Of a DNA stretch of 64,000 nt, positions 49,859 to 58,958 are shown piece by piece. A program made the translations under genes and the position numbers. The notes under the pieces were generated by a model that saw nothing but the letters and a program-made list of their open reading frames with translations, was not told the DNA's origin and searched no databases. Origin of the DNA: Acidobacteriota bacterium (GTDB taxonomy: Bacteria > Acidobacteriota > UBA890 > WLXD01); NCBI GenBank assembly GCA_963666055.2, contig CAXWPH010000015.1, positions 256,001 through 320,000 on the forward strand. The letters run 5' to 3'. The stretch's first letter is position 1. Each line of letters starts with the position of its first letter.

Positions 49859-51259
49859 ATGAGCCGCTTGAGGATCATTCTGAGCTTGACCCTGGTCACG
49901 GCAGGATGCGCTCCCGACCTCGCTGAGCCTCCTCGCCGCGGCGTTGCGGCTGCGAAGCAGCGCGATCTCGGTGCGTCCGATGCTCAACGCGTGCGAGGCG
50001 CGCCGGATTACCGATCGGATGCCGCGATCGAGCGCCTTCCGACACTGGGGCGCATTGCCGGCTGGGATCGCGAGCGACTCTGGAGTCCCCATGTCGACTG
50101 GGAGCCAGCGGTGGCGGCAGACGCTCACTCCGACTGGGTCTACCAGATGGCAAGTCGCTACTACGCGCCACCCTGTGAAGGATGCCCCGACCCGATCATG
50201 GTCTTCCGGCGATCGCCCGACGGCGGTGCTAGCTGGGAGGATGATCGCTACCCGTTTACCGACGGCGGTTGGCAGAACGACCCACAGCTTGCGGTTGCCG
50301 CAGACGGGACCGTGTTCGCCGCCTGGCTGCAGGACTGGAGGCCGGGGGTACGATTTTCACGCTCGACCGACAACGGCATCACCTGGAGCGAGCCGGTGCA
50401 CTTCACCGGCGAGCGACAGCCGCGGTGGTCGGATCACCCGCTCCTGTTGATCTCCGACGACGGTCAGGACGTATACGTTGCGTTCAGCAACGGCGACAGC
50501 TGGATTGCGGCGTCCCACGATGGCGGGCTGACGTTCGACCCGGCGGTACGCACCAACGATGACGATCGGTACTGGTTTCAGACGGGCGGCGTGGTAACCG
50601 CCAGCGGCGAGGTGGTCCTTGCCGCCGTCGACTACTCCCAGAGCTACGAGGGCGAGGCGCACCTCAACGTGGTGCGGTCTACCGATGGGGGCGGGTCATG
50701 GGCCAGTGCCCGCGTCGACACCTCGGCCGAGCCCCCCGCGTGTGATTGGGCGGAGGGCTGTTACTTCGGATTCCTGGGGCCGCGCGCCGACCTTGCGGTC
50801 GATGCCGGCGGCACCTTCATGCTGGTGTACAACGCCGGTGTCCGCGGCGGTCGTTCGCAGCGCCTCTGGTATAGAACTTCGACTGACGCGATCCGGTGGG
50901 GCCCGCGCCGGCCGTTTCCACGCCCTTCACCGTCGGTCGACTTTGCGTTCCCGGTGGTCGTGGCCGGTCCGGAAGCCGGAGACTTCCGCATCGCCTGGAT
51001 GGACGACCGCCAGACCCCACAGGCGCGGTGGAACACCTGGCTGGTGCGCACCGCCGATGCCGGTGTTACCTGGAAGGGCCGCGTACGCCTGTCTGGCGGG
51101 GGCCCGGAGACCAGCTACTCCGACCTTGATGGGTACGCCTTCCCCTACGGTGACTACTTCCAGCTCGCCGTCGACGGCGATGGGCGCAACCACATTGTCT
51201 GGGGTGCCGGCGAGAGCTACGACGGTAGCGGCGGCGTCTGGTACACGCGCGGCCGCTGA
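49859..51259 (+). CDS. BNR/Asp-box repeat (sialidase-like) lipoprotein
   Basis: Lipobox TAGC; S.DGG.SW, STDNGITW, SHDGGLTF, STDGGGSW; C-terminal YGDY. Confidence 0.8.
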   Translation: MSRLRIILSLTLVTAGCAPDLAEPPRRGVAAAKQRDLGASDAQRVRGAPDYRSDAAIERLPTLGRIAGWDRERLWSPHVDWEPAVAADAHSDWVYQMASRYYAPPCEGCPDPIMVFRRSPDGGASWEDDRYPFTDGGWQNDPQLAVAADGTVFAAWLQDWRPGVRFSRSTDNGITWSEPVHFTGERQPRWSDHPLLLISDDGQDVYVAFSNGDSWIAASHDGGLTFDPAVRTNDDDRYWFQTGGVVTASGEVVLAAVDYSQSYEGEAHLNVVRSTDGGGSWASARVDTSAEPPACDWAEGCYFGFLGPRADLAVDAGGTFMLVYNAGVRGGRSQRLWYRTSTDAIRWGPRRPFPRPSPSVDFAFPVVVAGPEAGDFRIAWMDDRQTPQARWNTWLVRTADAGVTWKGRVRLSGGGPETSYSDLDGYAFPYGDYFQLAVDGDGRNHIVWGAGESYDGSGGVWYTRGR

Positions 51260-51284
51260 GTGTTACGTCGGCAGGAGGACTCCG

Positions 51285-52166
51285 ATGATTACGCCACAGA
51301 GACTCCGTTTCGGCGCCACCATCGCGCTCATCGTCTTGCTGACGTTGACTGCCACGGGGGCGCTCGATCGTCTTGCACAGGAGAGATCGGACGCGGTGTT
51401 TCGACGCGCCCTGATCACCTTCGCAGCGGCGCGCGCGCTCGACGGCGCGATCTCCCTGGCGCAGGGTACCGAGATCGCTTTGCAACCGGCGGGGATAGGG
51501 GTGACGGTCAGCGCCGGCGAGTTGCTCGACCCGGTGAACGATCTGGTGGAGCAGTTCTCATCGCTGATGCTCATCGCCACGACGTCGCTGGGGCTGCAGA
51601 ACATGCTCCTGCGCGTCAGCCAGTGGTGGGTGCTCGGCGTGCTGTTAGGGTTGCTCGCCGTCGCCCGGGTCGCCGTGCTCTGGTACCCGAAGGCGGTCGA
51701 CGAGCCGGCTCGCCAGCTCATTGCCGGCGCGTTCGTCGTGGCGCTGGTCTTGCGGTTTGCACTACCGTTCTACGCGCTCGGCTCCGGCCTCTTCTTCGAG
51801 CACTTCCTGGCTCCCACGCAAACTGAGGCTGTCGGAGCCATCGAGCAGACCAGCGGCGACATCCGCGAGCCCGAGCGACTGGGCGTCGAAGGCGATCTCG
51901 ACACCGATGCAACCTGGATGCAGCGCGTCTCGGCGTGGTTCGCCGATACCGTCCAGCGCCTCGATGTCCGCGAACGCATCCGCGCCGGATTCCAACGCCG
52001 CGGCGGCCAGGCCGCACCTGCTGCCCTTCATGACGAGAAAGCTGCTACCCTGGCTCCCGGACGGGGTGCGTACAGCGTGCGTTCCCCTTGTTGCAGAATC
52101 GTTGGATGGGAGTGTTTGGTAAGTGAAGAAGATCTACGTTGGAAACTTGTCCTGGGGCACCGGTGA
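51285..52166 (+). CDS. Conserved hypothetical membrane protein, C-terminus probably disrupted near 51985
   Basis: AGGAGG RBS; TFAAARALDGAIS..GELLDPVNDLVEQFS; the tail is non-protein-like and overlaps the next gene. Confidence 0.55.
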   Translation: MITPQRLRFGATIALIVLLTLTATGALDRLAQERSDAVFRRALITFAAARALDGAISLAQGTEIALQPAGIGVTVSAGELLDPVNDLVEQFSSLMLIATTSLGLQNMLLRVSQWWVLGVLLGLLAVARVAVLWYPKAVDEPARQLIAGAFVVALVLRFALPFYALGSGLFFEHFLAPTQTEAVGAIEQTSGDIREPERLGVEGDLDTDATWMQRVSAWFADTVQRLDVRERIRAGFQRRGGQAAPAALHDEKAATLAPGRGAYSVRSPCCRIVGWECLVSEEDLRWKLVLGHR

Positions 52167-52395
52167 CACCGAGCTGCGCGAGTTTTTCTCCGCCTACGGT
52201 GAGGTGCACTCCGCGGCTGTAATTACCGACCGCGACACCGGTCGCTCGCGCGGCTTCGGATTCGTCGAGATGGATGATGCCGACGCCGAAAAAGCGATCT
52301 CTCAAGCCGATGGCCAGGACATGGATGGCCGGAGGCTGCGGGTCAACGAAGCACAGCCGCGTGGCGAGCGCGGCGGCGGCGACCGACGTTGGTAG
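52123..52395 (+). CDS. RRM RNA-binding protein
   Basis: IYVGNL (RNP2), RGFGFVEM (RNP1), RVNEA. Confidence 0.95.
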   Translation: MKKIYVGNLSWGTGDTELREFFSAYGEVHSAAVITDRDTGRSRGFGFVEMDDADAEKAISQADGQDMDGRRLRVNEAQPRGERGGGDRRW

Positions 52396-52450
52396 TTTTA
52401 TAGCCGCCCTGCGGACGGCGTCGCGATTCGACGTCGGCCTACAGATGAAA

Positions 52451-52489
52451 GAAGGGAGCCGCGACGTTTCCCGCGTCGCGGCTTTCTTC
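52451..52489 (+). terminator. Terminator-like hairpin after the RRM gene
   Basis: GAAGGGAGCCGCGACG-loop-CGTCGCGGCTTTCTTC. Confidence 0.7.
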
Positions 52490-52689
52490 TGTTTCGTGCC
52501 GCGCCGCGAAGAATCGGCAGATCAGACTCCTTGTTGCAATGCCCGACCCAGCAACGCGAATCCGAGTCCGCGGTTTCCGCCAAGAGCAGCGTGTCTGGGT
52601 CAGTTCGATCACAGCCGGAGTTCAATGTGAGGAGTTCCGACGATACATCGGAAGGCATCTCGCCATCTGGAAACGTGGCGGGACGTCTA

Positions 52690-53379
52690 GTGCGCAGCGA
52701 GAGCGTTCCCGCGCCTGTACAGACAGAGGCAACGATCGTTTTCTTCGGAGATTCGATAACGTTTGGGCAATACATCGATCCGAGGGTGCGATGGACAGCA
52801 CTTGTTGAAAGCTACCTCCGTCGCGCCGGCGAGAGCGAGCACACCTACTGCGTCAACCGAGGCGTGTCGGGAGAGACGACCCGCGATCCTCTCCTTCGCT
52901 TCGCGGTCGATGTACAACACCACGCCCCGGATCTCGTTACGATCCAGTTCGGTTTGAACGACTGCAACTGTTGGCAGACGGACCGGGGGCTCCCGCGGGT
53001 TTCCGAGCGCAGCTTCGAGGCCAATCTCCACGAGATGATCGACCGCACCCGTTGGTTCGGGTCCGAGGCGATCATTCTGTGCACCAACCACACCACGGCA
53101 CGCGAGACTGTTCAGCCTGACGGTCGTCCGTACGAGGCCAACAACCGCCGCTACAATGCGATCATACGGTGCGTTGCCGAGAGTGCCGGCGTGGTGCTGT
53201 GCGACATGGAACAGTCCTTTGCCCGATATGCTGGCGAGGATCTCGCCGCCCTGTTGTTGCCATACCCAGACCAGCTGCACCTCTCGGAGAGCGGCAACCG
53301 GGTGTATTTCAGGACGATATTGCCGTTCGTTGACGCGGCCCTCAGGCGACTCGCCGAGGCGGCGCGCAGAGAGGACTGA
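52690..53379 (+). CDS. SGNH/GDSL hydrolase
   Basis: GDSIT, NRGVSGET, FGLND, D.LH; start uncertain. Confidence 0.85.
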   Translation: MRSESVPAPVQTEATIVFFGDSITFGQYIDPRVRWTALVESYLRRAGESEHTYCVNRGVSGETTRDPLLRFAVDVQHHAPDLVTIQFGLNDCNCWQTDRGLPRVSERSFEANLHEMIDRTRWFGSEAIILCTNHTTARETVQPDGRPYEANNRRYNAIIRCVAESAGVVLCDMEQSFARYAGEDLAALLLPYPDQLHLSESGNRVYFRTILPFVDAALRRLAEAARRED

Positions 53380-53381
53380 AG

Positions 53382-54158
53382 TTGGAACGTGCCGGAGATT
53401 GGCAACACTGGGACGATCGTGCCGCCGCGGAAATCCCCGACGCGCACGTGAACATCCACGATGTCTTTCAGCGCGACCTCGAGCTCGAGTTTCTGCTGTC
53501 GAGTTTGGATCAATCCGACACGGTCCTCGAGGCCGGTTGCGGCAACGGCTTCTCAACCGAGAGGATTCGGCGCGTCGTGACGCACGTCGACGCCTTCGAT
53601 GTCTCGCCGCGAATGATCGACCGCGCGCGCCGGGCTCACGGCGAACGCAACAACACGTTCTTCCGAGCCGACGTGCTCGAGCCCATCGATACGGGTCGAT
53701 CCTACGACGCCGTGGTCTGTGTACGAGTGCTAATAAACCTGCCGGATCTCGAGGCGCAGCTACGAGCGCTAGAGAACCTGACCGGGGCGCTGAAGGACGG
53801 CGGCAGGCTCGTGCTGATCGAGGGATTCCGAGACGGATTCGAGGCTTTGAGCGCCGCGCGCGAGCAGCTCGAGATGCCGCCGCTAGAGCCCGCTGCGGTC
53901 AACTTCTATTCCTATTTCGACCAGATCGAGCACTATCTCGGCACTGTCTACGAGTCGGAGTCGACGTTCCACACCGGCGCGTACGACTACTACACTCGCG
54001 TGCTCTATCCGTTGCTGGTCGGGTCGGAGAACGTCGAAGCGGGCTCCGAGTACTCGCAGAAGCTCGCTCGCCTCGCCCGTGACTTCAGCCCGGACAGCTT
54101 CCGGCGCTTCTCGAGGTTGCGTGGGCTACTGCTTCGCAAGATACGCCGTAGGGGCTAG
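53382..54158 (+). CDS. Class I SAM-dependent methyltransferase
   Basis: VLEAGCGNG, FDVS..MI, RVLINL, LKDGG. Confidence 0.85.
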   Translation: MERAGDWQHWDDRAAAEIPDAHVNIHDVFQRDLELEFLLSSLDQSDTVLEAGCGNGFSTERIRRVVTHVDAFDVSPRMIDRARRAHGERNNTFFRADVLEPIDTGRSYDAVVCVRVLINLPDLEAQLRALENLTGALKDGGRLVLIEGFRDGFEALSAAREQLEMPPLEPAAVNFYSYFDQIEHYLGTVYESESTFHTGAYDYYTRVLYPLLVGSENVEAGSEYSQKLARLARDFSPDSFRRFSRLRGLLLRKIRRRG

Positions 54159-54379
54159 GAGCCGCCAGGTGGCATGCGATGAGTCCCGGTGAGGTAGTGG
54201 CGGGCTAACTACGTGACTACGGTCGCGACGTTCTGTTCCTGTGCGATGATCGCCGCTCCAACGTCCCCGCGCCCGCAAACCGGTGGGCAACCGGGTGACC
54301 AGGAGCTGCTGGAGAGAACGATTGTCGAGACACGAGCTCGGTAGCCATCTCAACGCGACTCCAGCAGGTAGCGAAGCTG

Positions 54380-55580
54380 GTGCGGATTCGGGAGGCGATC
54401 CAGATCACGGTGCAGGAGGAGCTGGCCGAGGCGTTGGGATGCGAGGCGTACGAGCGCAGCCACGAGCGCCGAGGGTATCGCAACGGCACCCAACGGCGGC
54501 GGGTGACGACGGCCAACGGGCTCCAGGAGTTGGACGTGCCTCGGGGGCGGCTGATCGACGAGGACGGCAATAGCCGGGAGTTCCGCAGCGCGATTCTGCC
54601 GCGCTACGCGCGCAGGACGCTGGAGGTCGACGAGGCGATCCTGGGCGCGTACTTGGCTGGGGCGAACACTCGGCGGATTCGCAAGGCGCTCTCGCCGCTG
54701 CTCGGTGAGGCGCATCTGTCCAAGAGCGCGATCTCTCGGGTGGTGGGCCGCTTGAAGGTGCAGTTCCAGCGATGGTGCGAGCGCGATCTGTCCGAGCAGC
54801 GGTTCAAGATCGCCTACCTGGACGGTTTCCACGTGAAGGTTCGCCCGGCGCGTCGGGTGGTGTCGGTGCCGGTGCTGGCCGCGATGGGAGTGGCGGAAGA
54901 TGGCCGTAAGGTCTTGCTGGCGTTGCGTTTGGCAGCCAGCGAGGCGGGTGTGCACTGGAAAGCGTTCATTGAGGATCTCAAGGACCGTGGGCTGTCTGCC
55001 CCGGAGCTCATCATCGCGGACGGCCACAAGGGGCTCGCCAAGGCGACGGAACTGTGGCCAGAGTCTCAAGTACAGCGCTGCACCCAGGACAAGTGGTAGA
55101 ACCTGGTGGCTCACTGCCCGGCACACGCACGCGCCGAGCACAAGCGGGACTGGGATCGGATCATCTATGCTGCCGATGGCAACGAAGCGCGGGGCGCCTA
55201 TCGGGACTTGCAGCGCAAATGGTCGATTCTCGTGCCGGCGGTGGCTCGCAGCCTCGAGGAAGCGGGGCTGCAGTTGCTGACCTTCTACGAGTTCCCCAAG
55301 TCGATGTGGAAGTCGCAGTGCTCCACCAACGCGCTGGAGAACCTGAACCGCGAGTTCCGTCGTCGCACCAAAACCCAGGGATCGTTCAGTACCGAGGCCG
55401 CGGCCGTCACGTTGCTCTGGGGTCTGATCGCCTTCGGGCAGATCCAGCCCCGGCGCATCGTCGGTTACAAGGACCTTCCCGCCATCACCACCCAGCCGGA
55501 CCAGGCAGCAGCGTAGGAGGTAGGATCAACGGCTAACTCGGAGAGCGTCACGAAAGTCCACAGCTAACGGGACACATCCC
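54380..55580 (+). mobile_element. IS256-family element; transposase interrupted by TAG at 55097-55099
   Basis: GYRNG, VPR.R, YLDG, IADGHKGL, QRC..K.*NL, STN.LE.LNREFRRRTK; right end ..AGCTAACGGGACACATCC; left end not resolved. Confidence 0.88.
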
Positions 55581-55976
55581 GCGAGCCTCACTGGTTGGCC
55601 AAGAGTGCGGAGCGTGCGGCAGGGCGTTCAGTCCGATGGAACCCGTGTCGAGACGAAATTTTCGTGTGGGTGTCAGCTGTCTGGGGTCGAGCAACGACCA
55701 TGTCGAAGCGGACAATCCGTAGCCCTGGCACGTGATCGTCGACGGGTGGCCAGAACAACTTATTCGCCCAGGCTGCTGAAAAACGGCTCGGGCACGCCAT
55801 TTCGGGCTGGTTCGTCTCGATCAGGGTGAATTGGCGGGTCCCGCCTGGGTCGAGGCGATGGTTCGCCGGAATAAGCAGTCAGGGCGTTGCCCGGCGTTTC
55901 GAGAGCCGCGGCAGCCAGGCGGACAGCCTGCGGATCTCGGTCAGCAACGCGAGACGCCAGGCGACCAATTCGGGAG

Positions 55977-56438
55977 TCAGGTCAGTCTTTCGATGTCTTG
56001 CTGATCGATCGGGCGGCCCGACTCGCGCTTCATCTCGATCAGTGTCTCGAGCGTGACCAGCCACAGTTGCCGATCCTCGTGCTGAACTGCATGGCGTGAT
56101 GCGTATGCGGATGCATACGTGCCGCCGTCGGCGATCATGAGGTCCAAGGATAGCGGCTCCTCCCAGCCCTCATCGAGCTTCACAACACGGTACATTCGGT
56201 AGGCGCCGCCACAGAGCGGGATGATGCCGGAGTCGATCGTGAAGCCAGATGCGCGAGCTGCTTCGAGGGCGGCATCCAGATCCTCCGGTGCCACGAGGAG
56301 GTCGATGTCCTTGGTGAAGCGATCGGCACCATAGATGTTCGCCGCGAGGCCGCCACAGAGGGCGTACTGGACACCCGCGTTATCGAGTGCCACCAGCACA
56401 CCGCGGAGCTCGGCGACCAGGTCAGGGATGTTGCGCAT
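55977..56438 (-). CDS. Nucleotidyltransferase (GG.A..T.DID type)
   Basis: YALCGGLAA..RFTKDIDL..LIEMK..GRPIDQQD. Confidence 0.8.
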   Translation of the reverse strand: MRNIPDLVAELRGVLVALDNAGVQYALCGGLAANIYGADRFTKDIDLLVAPEDLDAALEAARASGFTIDSGIIPLCGGAYRMYRVVKLDEGWEEPLSLDLMIADGGTYASAYASRHAVQHEDRQLWLVTLETLIEMKRESGRPIDQQDIERLT

Positions 56439-56521
56439 GCCGTCATTGTGCCCCACGAGGGTCATCTCCTGGAGCCAGGTACCTTTCTCATGCCAGTACG
56501 CAGCCATTCGAACACTGGCCG

Positions 56522-57105
56522 GTGCGACTGTTGCCCGAATACTCGTTCGTCGTCCCGATCTACGACGAGGAGAGCGGACTCCGTGAGCTCCATCGCCGCG
56601 TCGCCGACGTGATGGATCGCCTCGACGGGGAGTGTGAGGCAATCCTGGTTAACGACGGTAGCCGCGACGGCAGTGCGGCGTTACTGCCGAGATCCACCGC
56701 GGTGACACGCGGTTCAAGGTGTTGTATCTGTCGCGGAATTTCGGGCACCAGGCGGCGATCACCGCCGGAATCGATCATGCAGCTGGTTCCGCGGTCATCA
56801 TCATCGACGCAGACCTGCAGGATCCTCCGGAGGTTGTGCTCGATATGGCGGCCAAGTGGCGTGAGGGGTTCGATGTTGTGTACGGGATCCGCGAACAGCG
56901 TGACGGCGAGAGCTACTTCAAACGGACCACGTCCACTCTCTACTACCGGCTCCTGCGGAAGCTGCCCGAGGTCGAGATCCCGGCCGACGTGGAGGATTTC
57001 AGACTCGTGGACCGCGAGGTGGTCGAGGCCTTCCGGTCGATGCGCGAGTCCGACCGATTCGTCAGGGGGATGTTTGGCTGGGTGGGGTTTCGTCAGGCCG
57101 GGATT
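56522..57105 (+). pseudogene. GT2 bactoprenol glycosyltransferase (GtrB-like) fragment, frameshifted near 56685 and C-truncated
   Basis: VVPIYDE..VNDGSRD in one frame; LSRNFGHQAAITAG..DADLQDPP..DFRL.D..RG...WVGF in another; TM tail missing. Confidence 0.8.
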
Positions 57106-57223
57106 CGCCGCTTCCGCCGGCCCGCTTACGGTGGCCAGGTGTGCGGCGGTAGCGCTCCGGGGACGGCGGCGACTCGAGAAGGCAGAAGCCCGACCCGATT
57201 GCCCCAGCCTCGGGACAGACCCG

Positions 57224-57676
57224 CTACCCGGCGGTCTCTCCCAGTTCCTCGAGGTCGGCCAGGTCTTTTGCGCGTGCGGCCGCTCGCTTGTTTTGCACCA
57301 GATGCTCGCGGCTGAGGAACGGAACCTCCAGCGCCTCCACGACGTGGACGACGCGTCGGTTCCAGGCCTCGCCGAAAGTCACGCCGGAGATCTCGGTCAT
57401 GACGTCGATTCGCCGCGGCGGCAGACCGATTTGGATCACGCGATCCGGCTGGCTGAAATCTGTGACGTCGAGGCCGATCGCTTCGACCGGCGCGCCGAAT
57501 TCGACGAGTGCAGACCAGACGTGAGCCGCATTCTGCGGACTCGCGTCGACCCAGACATCGAGATCACCGGTGGCCCGCGCCACACCGTGTACCGCAAGAG
57601 CGTGCGCGCCGACGACAAGAAACCGGGCCTTTGCGTCGATCATGGCCCGAAGCAGATCGAGGAAGTCGTCGTTCAA
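57224..57676 (-). CDS. Nucleotidyltransferase (GA.A..T.DLD type)
   Basis: FLVVGAHALAVHG..RATGDLD..RIDVMT..NK.A..R.KDLAD. Confidence 0.82.
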   Translation of the reverse strand: MNDDFLDLLRAMIDAKARFLVVGAHALAVHGVARATGDLDVWVDASPQNAAHVWSALVEFGAPVEAIGLDVTDFSQPDRVIQIGLPPRRIDVMTEISGVTFGEAWNRRVVHVVEALEVPFLSREHLVQNKRAAARAKDLADLEELGETAG

Positions 57677-57909
57677 GACCCGTACTGGAGGCCCGTTCGG
57701 AGCGAGACGATGCGGACCGGGGACTCACGGCGGGTGTATTCCTGCGCCGGCAGGTCGCCTAGCTGTCTGCAGGTGGCAGTTAGCTCCGCGACCGCTTGGA
57801 GCCGAGATGCCACGCATCCTGATACCAGGGCACGCTCTTGCTCCTTGAGGGAGCTCATGCGAATCGGCCAGTTGGCTCGGCGATTCTCGTCAATGGATGT
57901 GTCCCGCAT
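57673..57909 (-). CDS. Small protein coupled to the nucleotidyltransferase
   Basis: 78 aa; 4-bp overlap with the downstream start. Confidence 0.55.
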   Translation of the reverse strand: MRDTSIDENRRANWPIRMSSLKEQERALVSGCVASRLQAVAELTATCRQLGDLPAQEYTRRESPVRIVSLRTGLQYGS

Positions 57910-57963
57910 TTCCCAATTATCTCACGGGGATACAGCGTGCGATCGCTTCCAGCTCCAGGGCAG

Positions 57964-58230
57964 TCCTATGAGGAGTGCCGCACCGGGCAGGGCGGTGCGG
58001 GCCCCGACCACGCTGCCTGCGCCAAGTCGTGCGCCAGCAACGGGCAGCCAGTAGCGCTCGTGACCGAGAGCGGCGATGTCTACAGGCTGGCGGGCACGGT
58101 CACCGACGACAACAACGCCGCCCTGGTGCCGCACATGAGCCACACGGTCGAGGTGACCGGCGAGCTGGGCGAGATGGACGGGATTCCGACCATCACGGCC
58201 GCGGCCGTCAAGCACGTCTCGGCCGGCTGA
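57964..58230 (+). pseudogene. C-terminal fragment of a Cys-containing (HAACAKSC) probably secreted protein
   Basis: Protein-like only from ~57964; no start codon or signal peptide. Confidence 0.45.
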
Positions 58231-58234
58231 GCGC

Positions 58235-58507
58235 ATGCACGTGAGGGCGTTCGCGTTCGCGGCGGTGCTGACCCTTGCAGTCGCCCCGCCGGTGTCGGCG
58301 CAGATCATGGAGATGAACGGGACCTGGGAGATGATTCCCGACAAGTGCCTCGGCTCCTGGCCAGATCAGGAGACCCTGGTGTTCAAGAGTGTCGAGGGCA
58401 TCCAACGCTACGCCGCGACGTGGATCGACGACGACCGCACCCTGATCTCGGTCGGTCGCAGTGCGACCGGGGAAGTTCGTTGGGTGCGGGTCTTCGAAAA
58501 ACAGTGA
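58235..58507 (+). CDS. Small secreted hypothetical protein
   Basis: Signal peptide ending VSA-Q; 90 aa. Confidence 0.55.
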   Translation: MHVRAFAFAAVLTLAVAPPVSAQIMEMNGTWEMIPDKCLGSWPDQETLVFKSVEGIQRYAATWIDDDRTLISVGRSATGEVRWVRVFEKQ

Positions 58508-58624
58508 GTCGGTCGGGCGCCGCATCGAGATGACGAGACGGTTGGACCGGACCGACCCCGCAATCAGAGTCCAGCACACGGGCCTCACGAGAAAAGCCGC
58601 GACACCGAGGCGCCGCGGCTCTTC

Positions 58625-58786
58625 GAAGTAGCCCTAAAGGTCCCCAGTTGGAACCAGCTACACACCTGGCTAAAACGCTGGGAGAAACTGCGCCGTGGCG
58701 TTGCCTAGCAGCGAGTTACCGGGTCCGGATTGCCGCAGGGACCGCGCCCACACGCGCGCGCACATATCCCCTCGGAGAGTGGAACA
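58625..58786 (+). repeat. 162-bp diverged direct repeat, copy 1
   Basis: Matches 60870-61031; encodes EVALKVPSWNQLHTWLKRWEKLRRGVA*. Confidence 0.8.
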
Positions 58787-58958
58787 AGAAAGAGCCTTCG
58801 CGAAAAGGCGCACGCATGCTCTACGAGCCGCATTAAACCCGTTGAGACCACCAAACTCGGCCGATCCGCTGTCTAACGGCCTCCCGTTGCGATGGCCACC
58901 CGGATATCCCGGCAAGCGTTCTGAGGCCTTACGATAGGCTCACAGACAGGAGTTGCTG

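Noticed and set aside
55765-55790. CAGGCTGCTGAAAAA, resembling an IS terminal repeat
   Set aside because: No partner end or transposase is identifiable, and it is too short to support a call.
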